Source: Akkermansiaceae bacterium (GTDB lineage Bacteria; Verrucomicrobiota; Verrucomicrobiia; Verrucomicrobiales; Akkermansiaceae). From it: DNA of 64,000 nt. The translations under genes were made by a program, and so were the position numbers. Below the pieces are notes generated by a model that worked only from the letters and a program-made list of their open reading frames with translations, did not search any database and was not told where the DNA came from. The DNA lies in assembly GCA_031371325.1 (NCBI GenBank), contig JANMJJ010000198.1:492-64491 (forward strand), written 5' to 3'. Below are positions 1 to 9,369 of the stretch, piece by piece (the stretch's first letter is position 1; the number at the start of each line of letters is the position of its first letter).

Positions 1-780
1 CTTAAGTTTCCTCAAGAACTGGCCGGATTGGTCCTTTCACAGAATAGCGACTTGCCGCTCGCTGCAATGGTGGTGCCAGAGGCTTTCAAGGAACGCATCC
101 AGCGGGTGATTCATGAGTTCCGCCAACAGGCGAAACTGAAGAAATACGGGATGTCGAATCGGCGGAAAATCCTGCTCGCCGGTCCCCCCGGCACCGGCAA
201 GACGATGACGGCGAGAATTCTTTCCCACGAACTGCGCCTTCCTCTCCACACGATCCAAGTGGACAAGCTGGTCACGAAATTCATGGGTGAGACCAGTGCC
301 AAGCTGCGCCAGATTTTCGATCTGATCCGGGATGAGCGCGGAATTTACCTTTTCGATGAGTTTGATGCGATCGGCGGAGATCGGTCCCTCGAAAACGATG
401 TTGGGGAGATGCGCCGGGTTCTCAATGCGCTGCTACAATTTATCGAACAGGACAGCTCGGAAAGCCTGATCATTGGAGCCACCAACAACCACGGGCTCCT
501 CGATCGTGCCTTATTCCGACGTTTCGATGACGTGCTCCACTATGAACTACCAGACGAGGCAGCGCGGCAGCGGCTGATCGAAAACGTGTTGGGTAATTTC
601 AAAGGCCGTCTGGCTTGGAAAGCCATTCTCACCGGGAGCAAGGGACTCAGCCAGGCGGAGATCGACCATGCCTGCCGAGACGCGATCAAGGATTCGATCT
701 TGAACGACCAACCCAAGGTGGAGACCGCCAGTCTGGTAAGAACCTTTCAGGAGCGAAGCCAGACCCACCCACGCAAGTGA
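1..780 (+). CDS. ietA: AAA+ ATPase, IetA-like (5' end lies outside the window)
   Basis: Frame is open from base 1 (LKFPQELAGL...). Walker A GPPGTGKT, Walker B YLFDEFD, SRH ATNN...LDRALFRRFD. Ends 3 bp before an S8 protease gene, the IetAS arrangement. Confidence 0.85.
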   Translation, partial: LKFPQELAGLVLSQNSDLPLAAMVVPEAFKERIQRVIHEFRQQAKLKKYGMSNRRKILLAGPPGTGKTMTARILSHELRLPLHTIQVDKLVTKFMGETSAKLRQIFDLIRDERGIYLFDEFDAIGGDRSLENDVGEMRRVLNALLQFIEQDSSESLIIGATNNHGLLDRALFRRFDDVLHYELPDEAARQRLIENVLGNFKGRLAWKAILTGSKGLSQAEIDHACRDAIKDSILNDQPKVETASLVRTFQERSQTHPRK

Positions 781-783
781 CCC

Positions 784-3276
784 ATGGCTACCGAGCGTTT
801 CCCCCATCTTTTCCTGCCCGGACCATCGGGTCGCCGCGATGACTACAGCAGTCCACGCCGCGGTGGAGATGGCCCCCGGCTCAGACCTCAAGACCGTCCG
901 GTGCACGCAGAGTGTATCAGACTCGCCTTGGTTACCGCGTGGGCCCAGGCCGAAGAGCGGCGAGCGGTCGCGTATTCAAGCCGGGGCGGGGTCTATCTTG
1001 AATTCGCCAGTGAACCGGGATTCGATCTGGTTCTGAAAAGCCTGGAGTCCCGGCAGGCGGGGATCAAACTCCTCAACGTCAGGATTGAAGGCAATGCCGG
1101 CGAGGAGACTACCCGCGCGACGGTTTTCATCCCTGCGGACAAAAGCACCTATTTTCTCAAGAAGGTCATCGAATACGCCACCACGGACAATCGGCCGAAG
1201 AAGGACGGCACGATCACGCCGAAGAACGGAACCTTGATCGAAAGCATCGGCGACGTCAGGGCCGCCCTCTTGGAATTCTCGTTTTGGCAGGATTCGCCAG
1301 ACCGGCTTCCCTCCGAGACACCTGAATGGGTGGAAGTGTGGTTGAGCAGCGAAGACCTTGGTGTGATCGAGATTTTTAAAGCACTGTGCGCGGCGCAGGC
1401 GATCGAGCTGGGTCAAGGGCAACTCACGTTCCCGGAGAGAACCGTCCTGCTAATTTTGGCATCAAGGACTCAGTTGGAGGCATTAATCGAACATTCCGAG
1501 TCGCTCGCGGAGTTCAGAGGCTCTCGAAAGAGAGCCACGTTTTACATCGAACAAGAGAATACCGATCAGGCTGAACGGGTAAACCATCTGATTCGCCGCA
1601 CCACAGTGCGAAATCCTGAGCAGACAGTGGTGCTTGTGCTGGATCATGGAGTCAACAACGGCCATCGACTGCTGGAGGCAGTTCTTTCCGATGAGGATTG
1701 CCACGCGGCAGATCCTGCGTGGGGGACGCAAGACGATCACGGCCACGGAACGCTCATGGCTGGCATGGCAGCCTATGGCGATCTGCTTCAATACTTGGAT
1801 GGTTCTCAGCCGATCATCCTCCGGCATAGCCTTGAATCCGCGAAAATTCTGCCGCCGCCACCAGAAGAGAATCCCCGTCGCCTATGGGGCCATTTCACCT
1901 CTCGGGGAATCAGCGAAGCTGAGTATCATCAGCCGCACAAAAAGCGAATCATTTGCATGGCCATCACAAGTGAGGACGGACTCAATCGCGGTCGCCCTTC
2001 ATCATGGTCAGGGCAGCTTGATGAATTGGCTTCCGGCTACAGTGACGACCGTCAACGGCTGATCATCGTAAGCGGCGGAAATGTCCGCGATCCCCATGAT
2101 TGGAAGCGATTTCCGGATTCGAACTTCGATTGTGAGATTCACGACCCAGCCCAAGCTTGGAACGCTCTGACCGTCGGAGCTTACACCAAGAAAATCCAAA
2201 TCACGGACCTGACACTGTCATCATACGTCGCGATTGCCGAGGCAGGCGATCTCTCGCCGTATTCTTCAACTTCTGCCTCGTGGCCGAAGCGTAAATGGCC
2301 GATCAAGCCGGAGATCCTACTTGAGGGAGGCAACGTCGCGCGAGGCCCCAACGACAGCATTTTCGATACCGATGACTTGAAGTTGCTTTCAACTTACCAC
2401 GATCCTCAGGTTGCTCAGTTCGCCGCCTTCGATGCCACCAGCGCGGCAACTGCACAAGCCGCATGGATGGCTGCACGGATTCAATCCACGTATCCCCATG
2501 CCTGGCCGGAGACTGTTCGTGGATTGATGGTGCATTCTGCGGAGTGGACGGAAACGCAGCGTCGCAAATATCTCCGAAACGAGTCAAAAGGCGCTTACTA
2601 TCAACTCGCCAAGATTTGCGGCTATGGCGTTCCAAATCTGGAGCGGACGCTGTCATGCGCTTCCAATTCACTGTCCTTGATTGCCCAGTCGACACTTCAG
2701 CCCTTCGATAAAAACGCGAAAGGCCGATACGTTTCCAAAGACATGCATATTTACGAGCTTCCCTGGCCGGTGGAAGTCCTGCGTGATCTCGGAGAGTTGC
2801 CCGTGCGGATGCGCGTCACTCTTTCTTATTTTGTAGAACCAAGCCCGGGTGAAATCGGTTGGAAGGATCGCTACCGCTATGCATCACACGGGCTTCGCTT
2901 CGAGCTAAACGGCCCGGGCCAAAGCTACGAGGAGTTTATCAAACATGTGAACCACAAAGCAAGGGACGAGGAGGACTATCAAAAAACCGAAGGGGCATCA
3001 GACCATTGGCAACTGGGTGAAGCTCGAAATGTCGGATCAATCCACTCGGATACATGGTCTGGCACCGCAGCCGAACTGGCTTTATCCGGACTGATCGCCG
3101 TTCATCCTGCTGTCGGGTGGTGGCGCGAGCGGTATCACTTGGGAAAATATAACAAAAAAACCCGTTACTCGCTTATCGTATCCTTCACGCTGCCCGGGCA
3201 AGAAATTGATATCTACACACCTGTAGCAATTCAGTTAGGCGTGCCGATCTCAGTGCCAATAACGCCTTCAACTTGA
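784..3276 (+). CDS. ietS: S8 (subtilisin-like) serine peptidase, IetS-like
   Basis: 830 aa. Catalytic Asp (VLDHGV), His (DDHGHGTLMAG) and Ser (ATSAA). Also PAQAWNALTVGA, IKPEILLEGGN, AWPETVRGLMVHSAEW, CGYGVP and the C-terminal RYSLIVS typical of ATPase-coupled S8 proteins. Confidence 0.88.
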   Translation: MATERFPHLFLPGPSGRRDDYSSPRRGGDGPRLRPQDRPVHAECIRLALVTAWAQAEERRAVAYSSRGGVYLEFASEPGFDLVLKSLESRQAGIKLLNVRIEGNAGEETTRATVFIPADKSTYFLKKVIEYATTDNRPKKDGTITPKNGTLIESIGDVRAALLEFSFWQDSPDRLPSETPEWVEVWLSSEDLGVIEIFKALCAAQAIELGQGQLTFPERTVLLILASRTQLEALIEHSESLAEFRGSRKRATFYIEQENTDQAERVNHLIRRTTVRNPEQTVVLVLDHGVNNGHRLLEAVLSDEDCHAADPAWGTQDDHGHGTLMAGMAAYGDLLQYLDGSQPIILRHSLESAKILPPPPEENPRRLWGHFTSRGISEAEYHQPHKKRIICMAITSEDGLNRGRPSSWSGQLDELASGYSDDRQRLIIVSGGNVRDPHDWKRFPDSNFDCEIHDPAQAWNALTVGAYTKKIQITDLTLSSYVAIAEAGDLSPYSSTSASWPKRKWPIKPEILLEGGNVARGPNDSIFDTDDLKLLSTYHDPQVAQFAAFDATSAATAQAAWMAARIQSTYPHAWPETVRGLMVHSAEWTETQRRKYLRNESKGAYYQLAKICGYGVPNLERTLSCASNSLSLIAQSTLQPFDKNAKGRYVSKDMHIYELPWPVEVLRDLGELPVRMRVTLSYFVEPSPGEIGWKDRYRYASHGLRFELNGPGQSYEEFIKHVNHKARDEEDYQKTEGASDHWQLGEARNVGSIHSDTWSGTAAELALSGLIAVHPAVGWWRERYHLGKYNKKTRYSLIVSFTLPGQEIDIYTPVAIQLGVPISVPITPST

Positions 3277-3304
3277 GGGTTCATAGAAGCTCCGAAGAGC
3301 CCAA

Positions 3305-3376
3305 CAAAACCAAGAACTCACCGCCCTCCGCGATTGGCTGCCCATGCTCATGAACGGCCAAGTGCGGGTGGGGTAA
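3305..3376 (+). repeat. hsdS 3'-tail copy 1 (QNQELTALRDWLPMLMNGQVRVG*)
   Basis: Direct repeat of 4873-4950, 5085-5150 and 5363-5437; one Leu codon is missing. Translates to the conserved C-terminal helix of type I RM specificity subunits. Confidence 0.9.
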
Positions 3377-3391
3377 TGCCAAAGCAAAGCC

Positions 3392-3535
3392 TTGTAGCGT
3401 CGCTCTATGAGCGTCGATGCCAAAGTCCCGCGCGAAGCCATCTTCCATTCAAAAATCAACATTCATCAATCGTCAATCTCCCCCTCTTCCATTCTGACAT
3501 CTCATCCGCCCGACGGTCGCAGACCGCCGCTACAA
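3392..3535. repeat. GTAG-type REP doublet (REPIN-like) with an internal heptamer run
   Basis: Left arm TTGTAGCGTCGCTCTATGAGCGTCG (3392-3416); inverted right arm CGACGGTCGCAGACCGCCGCTACAA (3511-3535). Each arm is internally palindromic. Confidence 0.75.
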
Positions 3536-3544
3536 AACATAATC

Positions 3545-4654
3545 ATGAAATCTCATCCATCCGTAGGTCGCAACTCTCCGTGTCATTGTGGCAGCGGTAA
3601 AAAATACAAGAAGTGCTGTTCAGAAGCAGATACCACAGCAATGGCAACCAAAGCGGCCATTGTCACACCTGGAAATGCGGCGCATCCCGCAATAAATGAA
3701 AGGGCAGGCTTGAGTGTTCATCCCTACTCGATTGCGAAAATAGTGGCGAACCCTCCTCCCAACATCTTGGCCAAACTCTCAAAACGCGATATCGCGGCAC
3801 TCAAAAACAAGTGGTCCTCGGCCAAAGTGGCCCTGTTGGAAACCGACGAGATTGTGTCGCGCTTGAAAAAACTCGGGATTGACGGCAGCCATGCCAGCTT
3901 TGGCAACTTGACGAGTGGACGCAGCTCGGCATGGAGCATCGGTAATATTTGGATTGACGGTCGGTCTGCGCAGTTAGGTGTCGACGAGGAGGATTTTATC
4001 TGTCTGTCGGCGTGCGAATTGTGGAAGCGGTATTGCCCCGGGCGGCCGTCCATGGAAATGCTGGACGACTGGGTAACCGAAGGTTATGAACTATCAGAAT
4101 CGCGCAAGGAAGTTGAAGCAGTCGAGATCTGGTTGCGGGTCTGGGAATACGTCCGCCCAAGGATCGAACCACACATGACCACCTTCGCTGCCGCCGATCC
4201 GGTGTTTCAGGTCTCGCAGTTTTTTGGAAACTGGATTCAGGATTTCACCACGGATGCTAGAAACGCGGCGACCCGTGAGTCAAAGTGTGCCGAGATGGGC
4301 ATCCAGGTCATCCATGAAGTGCTGGCCCAGTTCGTGGATGAGGACTTGGACACAATCCTCTACTTTCGTTGTGAACTCGGAGCTTTACTGTTTCATGCTG
4401 GCCGTTTCAAAGAAGGAGAGGCAATCCTTCAATCCGTCATCAGCGAATATCCCGATCGGTCTCGTGGATATGCAGAATTGGCGAGGGCCATGGGATGCCC
4501 CACGCACGGAACACCGAATTTTCCCCGTGCAATTTCCATCCTCGAGCAAGCGCTGGCCTACCCGGTGGTTGACGCCACAGACTATGATCTCAAATTTCGA
4601 TTGGATGACCTCCGTGAAAACATGCGGGCATCGGCACCGGCTTTGCCGTCCTAA
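3545..4654 (+). CDS. SEC-C motif protein with C-terminal TPR-like helical repeats
   Basis: N-terminal [19 protein letters not shown] is a SEC-C zinc-binding motif. TPR-like segments include [23 protein letters not shown]. Start placed at ATG 3545. Confidence 0.8.
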   Translation: MKSHPSVGRNSPCHCGSGKKYKKCCSEADTTAMATKAAIVTPGNAAHPAINERAGLSVHPYSIAKIVANPPPNILAKLSKRDIAALKNKWSSAKVALLETDEIVSRLKKLGIDGSHASFGNLTSGRSSAWSIGNIWIDGRSAQLGVDEEDFICLSACELWKRYCPGRPSMEMLDDWVTEGYELSESRKEVEAVEIWLRVWEYVRPRIEPHMTTFAAADPVFQVSQFFGNWIQDFTTDARNAATRESKCAEMGIQVIHEVLAQFVDEDLDTILYFRCELGALLFHAGRFKEGEAILQSVISEYPDRSRGYAELARAMGCPTHGTPNFPRAISILEQALAYPVVDATDYDLKFRLDDLRENMRASAPALPS

Positions 4655-4950
4655 GACCAAAAACCGCTATCTGTCGGGAATTCGACTACCTCAGCCTCAT
4701 CTCGGAAACCAACATCAACCGCCTCACCACCGTCGCCAGCGGCGCTGCCTACCCAGCCGTGAACCCCGAAGTCGTCGCTGCCCAAACCATCGCCCTCCCG
4801 GACGCGGAACTCCTCCAACAATTCCACCAAACCACCGCCTCCTTCTTCAACCTCATCGAACGCCACCGCGCCCAAAACCAAGAACTCACCACCCTCCGCG
4901 ACTGGCTCCTCCCCATGCTCATGAACGGCCAAGTGCGGGTCACCGAATGA
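4630..4950 (+). pseudogene. hsdS: Type I RM specificity subunit HsdS, C-terminal fragment (end of TRD plus tail copy 2)
   Basis: Frame 1 reads [12 protein letters not shown]...SGAAYPAVNPEVVAAQTIALPD...FHQTTASFFNLIE...[40 protein letters not shown] and LRDxLLPxLMNG are HsdS motifs. The 5' part is missing and overlaps the SEC-C stop codon. Confidence 0.88.
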
Positions 4951-4979
4951 ATGCCGCTACCCACCGTGCCCCTGAACCT

Positions 4980-5081
4980 TGGACTGCGGCAGCCTGCTGC
5001 CGCTTTCAGATTTGCAGCCTGCTGCGAATCCGGGCCAGCAGGCTGGCTCCGGGAAAGCGGCAGCAGGCTGCACGCACTCCA
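4980..5081. repeat. REP-like inverted-repeat element (GGACTGCGGCAGC family)
   Basis: TGGACTGCGGCAGCCTGCTGCCGCTTTC ... GAAAGCGGCAGCAGGCTGCACGCACTCCA form long inverted arms. A related half-site TGGAGTGCGGCAGC occurs near 37658. Confidence 0.8.
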
Positions 5082-5084
5082 CGC

Positions 5085-5150
5085 CAACTCACCACCCTCC
5101 GCGACTGGCTGCTTCCCATGCTCATGAACGGCCAGGTGCGGGTGGGTTGA
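5085..5150 (+). repeat. hsdS 3'-tail copy 3 (QLTTLRDWLLPMLMNGQVRVG*)
   Basis: Direct repeat of the other tails, with its 5' end clipped by the preceding hairpin. Confidence 0.9.
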
Positions 5151-5161
5151 ATGTTCCAAAA

Positions 5162-5348
5162 CCCCAACGGGGTGAACGATGACAGCCCAGGGCAACGCCC
5201 TGGGAACCCGCCCACCCAAATTCCCAAGCCCTGAAGGGGCGACCCAAAGCTTGTGCCCGCCCTTGTGCCGCCCCTTCAGGGCTAGAAATTATTTTTCGCG
5301 TGAGTCCTAGGGCGCTGCCCTAGGCTGTCATCATTCGCCCCATTGGGG
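5162..5348. repeat. Nested REP-like palindrome (CCCAGGGCAACGCCCTGGG / GCCCTGAAGGGGC family)
   Basis: Outer arms 5162-5205 and 5305-5348. Inner arms AGCCCTGAAGGGGCG (5227-5241) and CGCCCCTTCAGGGCT (5269-5283). Confidence 0.8.
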
Positions 5349-5362
5349 GCTGAAGAATCCCC

Positions 5363-5437
5363 CAAAATCAAGAACTCACCACCCTCCGCGACTGGCTGCT
5401 GCCGATGCTCATGAACGGCCAAGTGCGGGTGGGGTGA
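5363..5437 (+). repeat. hsdS 3'-tail copy 4 (QNQELTTLRDWLLPMLMNGQVRVG*)
   Basis: Direct repeat of the other three tails. Confidence 0.9.
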
Positions 5438-5462
5438 GGCCAAATCAAAGCCCCGCGTCGTC

Positions 5463-5560
5463 GCCAAAGAAAAGCCTTGTAGCGTCGCTCTATGAGCGTC
5501 GATGCCCATGAGCCACGCGAAGCTCCCTGCCGCCATTCTGACATCTCATTCGCACGACGG
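5463..5560. repeat. Truncated second copy of the GTAG-REP element that follows tail 1
   Basis: 5463-5506 matches 3378-3421 with one mismatch. CCATTCTGACATCTCAT is shared (5533-5549 vs 3489-3505). The right arm stops after CGACGG. Confidence 0.8.
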
Positions 5561-5716
5561 CGGAATCCAAATGACGTCAGCATCGGCAGCGAGGAGATTA
5601 TCGCCGCTAGGAAGGAACGCAGATGGGCAGCCCTAACGCACGGGCTGTGGAGGTTCTGGATGCGGCGGCGCGACATGATCCTCGACACGCGTTCAAGTTT
5701 CTTTTAGCCCATCGCC

Positions 5717-6994
5717 ATGTCAGAGCTGTTGTCGATTGCCGTGTTGGGTTGTGGTTCCAGAGGGCGCACGTATTCGAGGCTCATTGCTTCGTCCGGTGAT
5801 CGTTACCGGTTGACCGCCGCCGCCGATCTGGTCGCGACCCGCCGGGAGGCCGTTTCCTCACTCGGCTCCTCCGGACAAATCCGCGAGTTCGATTCGGCGG
5901 ATTCATTTTTCTCCGCAGGAAAACTCGCCGAGGTGCTGATCATCGCGACTCAGGATTCTCAACATTTCGACCACGCGATGCGGGCGCTGGAACTGGGATA
6001 CCATCTATTATTGGAAAAGCCCGCCGCCGAGTCGCTCGCACGCTGTGAGGAAATCGACCGCCGCGCTCGCGACCTCGGACGGCGTGTCGCGCTCGGCTTT
6101 GTCCTGCGCTACACACCGTTTTATTCGACCGTGAAGCGGATCATCGACAGCGGGAAACTCGGTCGAGTGATATCCATTCGCAGCCATGAGGGAGTGGAGC
6201 CATTCCACCAAGCCCACTCCTATGTGCGAGGACATTGGGCGAAATCCAGCAACTCTTCACCGATGATCGTGGCGAAGTGCTCGCACGATGCCGACATCCT
6301 CTGCTGGCTCGGCGGAGCACCAGTGGCAGCGGTTTCCAGCCATGGCGATCGCTCGTGGTTTCGCTCGGAAAACGCACCCCAGGGAGCACCTGGCCGCTGC
6401 ACCGACGGCTGCCCCGTCGCGAAGGATTGCCTCTACGATGCCCACCACTACCTTACCGGCAAACGTCGCTGGCTCAGCATGGTGATGGACGGATACGAGC
6501 AAACGGATGACGCCGGGATTCTGGCTTTCCTCAAGTCCTCGCCATGGGGACGTTGTGTCTATCATTGCGACAATGACGTAGTCGATCATCAGGTGCTTGC
6601 CTGTGAATTGACCAACGGCATCACCGCCACCCACACGATGACCGCATTCGATTGCGGCCGCGGGATCGAGGTCTATGGCACGCTTGCGGCGTTGAAAGGA
6701 GGCGATCCTTATTCCGAAGCCGGTGCGCCGGAGTTATGGCTTCGAAATCACGCCGCAGGCAACATCGAGCCGGTGGAAATCCACGAACAGGACGACGCCG
6801 GATATGCCGGCCACGGCGGCGGTGATTGGGGTCTGGTTGACGCGCTCGACGGACTCTTCCGGGGTGCCAACGCACTCCCCCCCGGACTCGACGGACTCGC
6901 CGGGCACCGACTTGCCTTCCTTGCCGAGGAAGCACGCGTCACGCGGCGGCGGATCGAGTGCCAGAGCAGCGAGGTGGAGATTCTAGAGTCCTAA
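5717..6994 (+). CDS. Gfo/Idh/MocA family NAD(P)-dependent oxidoreductase
   Basis: GCGSRG Rossmann start, [26 protein letters not shown]. Confidence 0.9.
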   Translation: MSELLSIAVLGCGSRGRTYSRLIASSGDRYRLTAAADLVATRREAVSSLGSSGQIREFDSADSFFSAGKLAEVLIIATQDSQHFDHAMRALELGYHLLLEKPAAESLARCEEIDRRARDLGRRVALGFVLRYTPFYSTVKRIIDSGKLGRVISIRSHEGVEPFHQAHSYVRGHWAKSSNSSPMIVAKCSHDADILCWLGGAPVAAVSSHGDRSWFRSENAPQGAPGRCTDGCPVAKDCLYDAHHYLTGKRRWLSMVMDGYEQTDDAGILAFLKSSPWGRCVYHCDNDVVDHQVLACELTNGITATHTMTAFDCGRGIEVYGTLAALKGGDPYSEAGAPELWLRNHAAGNIEPVEIHEQDDAGYAGHGGGDWGLVDALDGLFRGANALPPGLDGLAGHRLAFLAEEARVTRRRIECQSSEVEILES

Positions 6995-8173
6995 CTGCTG
7001 CTTCACCTCGACAAACGCCTTCACGGCCCTATCCAAATCATCCCGCGTGTGAGCCGCGCTGATCTGGGTGCGGATGCGGGCTTTTCCCTGCGGCACCACG
7101 GGGTAGCTGAAACCAATCACATAGACTCCACGCTCCAGCATGGCATCGGCGAACCTAGCGGCAAGCGCCGCCTCACCTAACATGACTGGCACGATCGGGT
7201 GCTCGCCGGGCGCGATGTTGAAGCCGGCCTCCGTCATCGCTTGGCGGAAATAGCGGGTGTTTTGCTCCAAGGTGTCGCGCAGGCTGGTCGATTCTTTCAG
7301 TAGCCGCAGGGCTTCCAGTGATGCTCCTGCGATCACCGGGGCGAGGGTGTTGCTGAAGAGATATGGCCGCGACCGCTGCCGCAGCATTTCAATGATTTCC
7401 CGCCGACCGCTGGTGTAGCCACCGCTCGCGCCACCGAGTGCCTTGCCGAGGGTGCCGGTGAGGATGTCGATGCGGTCCAACACGTCGCAATGCTCGTGCG
7501 TGCCGCGTCCTTGATTACCCATGAAACCCACTGCGTGGGAGTCGTCCACCATGACCAGCGAATTATACTTATCCGCAAGATCGCAAATCGCTTTCAACGG
7601 CGCGATGAAGCCGTCCATCGAAAACACGCCGTCGGTGGCGATCATTTTGAAACGCGCGCCGTTCGCATCAGCCTCGATCAACTTGGCTTCAAGGTCGGCC
7701 ATGTCGCGGTTTGTATAGCGGAATCGCCGGGCTTTGCAAAGGCGCACGCCGTCGATGATGGAGGCGTGATTGAGTTCATCGCTGATGATCGCATCTTCCG
7801 GCCCTAGCAGCGTTTCGAACAGCCCACCGTTCGCATCAAAACAAGAGCCGTAGAGAATGGAGTCTTCGGTCCCGAGGAAATCACTCAGGCTTGCCTCCAG
7901 CTCCTTGTGGACGCCCTGGGTGCCACAGATGAACCGCACGCTGGCAAGGCCGTAGCCCCAATTTTCAAGCGCCTCATGGGCGGCCTGCCGGACCTTCGGG
8001 TGTTGTGCGAGACCGAGGTAATTGTTAGCACACATATTGAGGACCGGCCCCCCACCGTTCGTCCGCACGACGGTGCCCTGGGGAGTTGAGAGCAGACGCT
8101 CATGCTTGTAGGTGCCTGCCTCACGGATACTTGCGAGGAGGGACTGAAGGTGACGGGTGAATGGAGTGTTCAT
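6983..8173 (-). CDS. kbl: Glycine C-acetyltransferase (2-amino-3-ketobutyrate CoA ligase)
   Basis: [39 protein letters not shown] (PLP Lys), [11 protein letters not shown]. Adjacent to tdh. Confidence 0.95.
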   Translation of the reverse strand: MNTPFTRHLQSLLASIREAGTYKHERLLSTPQGTVVRTNGGGPVLNMCANNYLGLAQHPKVRQAAHEALENWGYGLASVRFICGTQGVHKELEASLSDFLGTEDSILYGSCFDANGGLFETLLGPEDAIISDELNHASIIDGVRLCKARRFRYTNRDMADLEAKLIEADANGARFKMIATDGVFSMDGFIAPLKAICDLADKYNSLVMVDDSHAVGFMGNQGRGTHEHCDVLDRIDILTGTLGKALGGASGGYTSGRREIIEMLRQRSRPYLFSNTLAPVIAGASLEALRLLKESTSLRDTLEQNTRYFRQAMTEAGFNIAPGEHPIVPVMLGEAALAARFADAMLERGVYVIGFSYPVVPQGKARIRTQISAAHTRDDLDRAVKAFVEVKQQLGL

Positions 8174-8192
8174 CGTTAGATTGTCTTCGGGT

Positions 8193-9227
8193 TCAATGGA
8201 ATACCGTCCAGTCGAGTACGACTTTACCACTCATTCCGGTGTTCATGACTTCGAAACCTTTTTCGAAATCATCCGCGCCGAAGCGATGGGTAATCACCGG
8301 CTTGATGTCCAATCCGCCTTCCAGCATGACATTCATTTTATACCAGGTTTCATACATCTCGCGCCCGTAGATTCCCTTGATGGTGAGCATGTTGAAAATG
8401 ACCTTGTTCCAGTCGATCGGCATCGGCTCGCTGGGGATTCCGAGCATGGCGATCTTGCCGCCATGGCACATGGAGTCGATCATGTCGCGGAATGCGGCAG
8501 GATTTCCACTCATCTCCAGTCCCACATCGAAGCCCTCCGTCATGTGCAACTGTTTCTGCACCCCGGCGAGACTGCCCTTGGTGACATTGAGAGCGACATC
8601 GGCACCGAGCTTCTTCGCGAGATCCAAGCGGTAGTCATTCACATCCGTGATCACCACATGGCGGGCACCCGCATGCTTGGCGATGGCCACCGCCATGATA
8701 CCGATCGGCCCTGCGCCGGTGATGAGTACGTCCTCACCTAGCAAATCAAATGACAGTGCCGTGTGCATCGCATTGCCAAAAGGATCGAAAATCGAAGCCA
8801 CCTCTTCATCCACGCCCGGCGTGTGATGCCACACATTGGTCATCGGCACGCTGATGAACTCGGCGAACGCACCCGTGCGGTTCACGCCGATGCCCACGGT
8901 GGCCTTGCAGAGATGGCGCCGCCCGGCGAGGCAGTTGCGACAACGCCCGCACACGACGTGGCCCTCGGCGCTGACGATTTCACCGGTGTGGAAATCGCTC
9001 ACATTGGAGCCGACCTCCATCACTTCGCCGACGAATTCATGCCCGACGACCATCGGCACCGGGATCGTTTTTTGCGCCCAGGCATCCCAATTGTAGATAT
9101 GCAAATCCGTGCCGCAGATGCCTGTTTTGTGGACTTTAATGAGGACATCATTGATGCCAGCGACGGGTTCCGGGACGTCCTGCAACCACAGCCCGGGTTC
9201 TGATTTTGCTTTAACAAGTGCTTTCAT
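8193..9227 (-). CDS. tdh: L-threonine 3-dehydrogenase
   Basis: [42 protein letters not shown]. Start taken at MKALVK. Confidence 0.95.
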   Translation of the reverse strand: MKALVKAKSEPGLWLQDVPEPVAGINDVLIKVHKTGICGTDLHIYNWDAWAQKTIPVPMVVGHEFVGEVMEVGSNVSDFHTGEIVSAEGHVVCGRCRNCLAGRRHLCKATVGIGVNRTGAFAEFISVPMTNVWHHTPGVDEEVASIFDPFGNAMHTALSFDLLGEDVLITGAGPIGIMAVAIAKHAGARHVVITDVNDYRLDLAKKLGADVALNVTKGSLAGVQKQLHMTEGFDVGLEMSGNPAAFRDMIDSMCHGGKIAMLGIPSEPMPIDWNKVIFNMLTIKGIYGREMYETWYKMNVMLEGGLDIKPVITHRFGADDFEKGFEVMNTGMSGKVVLDWTVFH

Positions 9228-9282
9228 GTGAAAATACCTTTGGCCGGCATCGATTGATCCATGAGCCGGTGAGTCTCCCGAC

Positions 9283-9364
9283 TTCCGGGATACTGGAAGA
9301 GAATCCATTAAACTGGCAAGTTGAAATTTCCACTTTACAGGAAAAATCATCCAGCATAATGATC
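9283..9364. promoter_or_regulatory. Four tandem imperfect 16-bp palindromes (putative operators) in the divergent tdh / XRE-regulator intergenic region
   Basis: TTCCGGGATACTGGAA (9283), ATCCATTAAACTGGCA (9303), TTCCACTTTACAGGAA (9328), ATCCAGCATAATGATC (9349). The operator role is inferred. Confidence 0.5.
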
Positions 9365-9369
9365 ACAGC

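Noticed and set aside
4224-5150. 308-aa ORF ending in the HsdS tail
   Set aside because: An off-frame read through the SEC-C gene, the hsdS fragment and a REP. It is low-complexity (Pro/Arg/His), and only the last ~21 aa are meaningful.
3305-5437. CRISPR array
   Set aside because: The repeats are about 70 bp, protein-coding and degenerate at third codon positions. Spacers range from about 130 to 1500 bp, and no cas genes are present.
3305-5437. Diversity-generating retroelement TR/VR pairs
   Set aside because: Differences are synonymous rather than adenine-specific, and there is no reverse transcriptase in the window.
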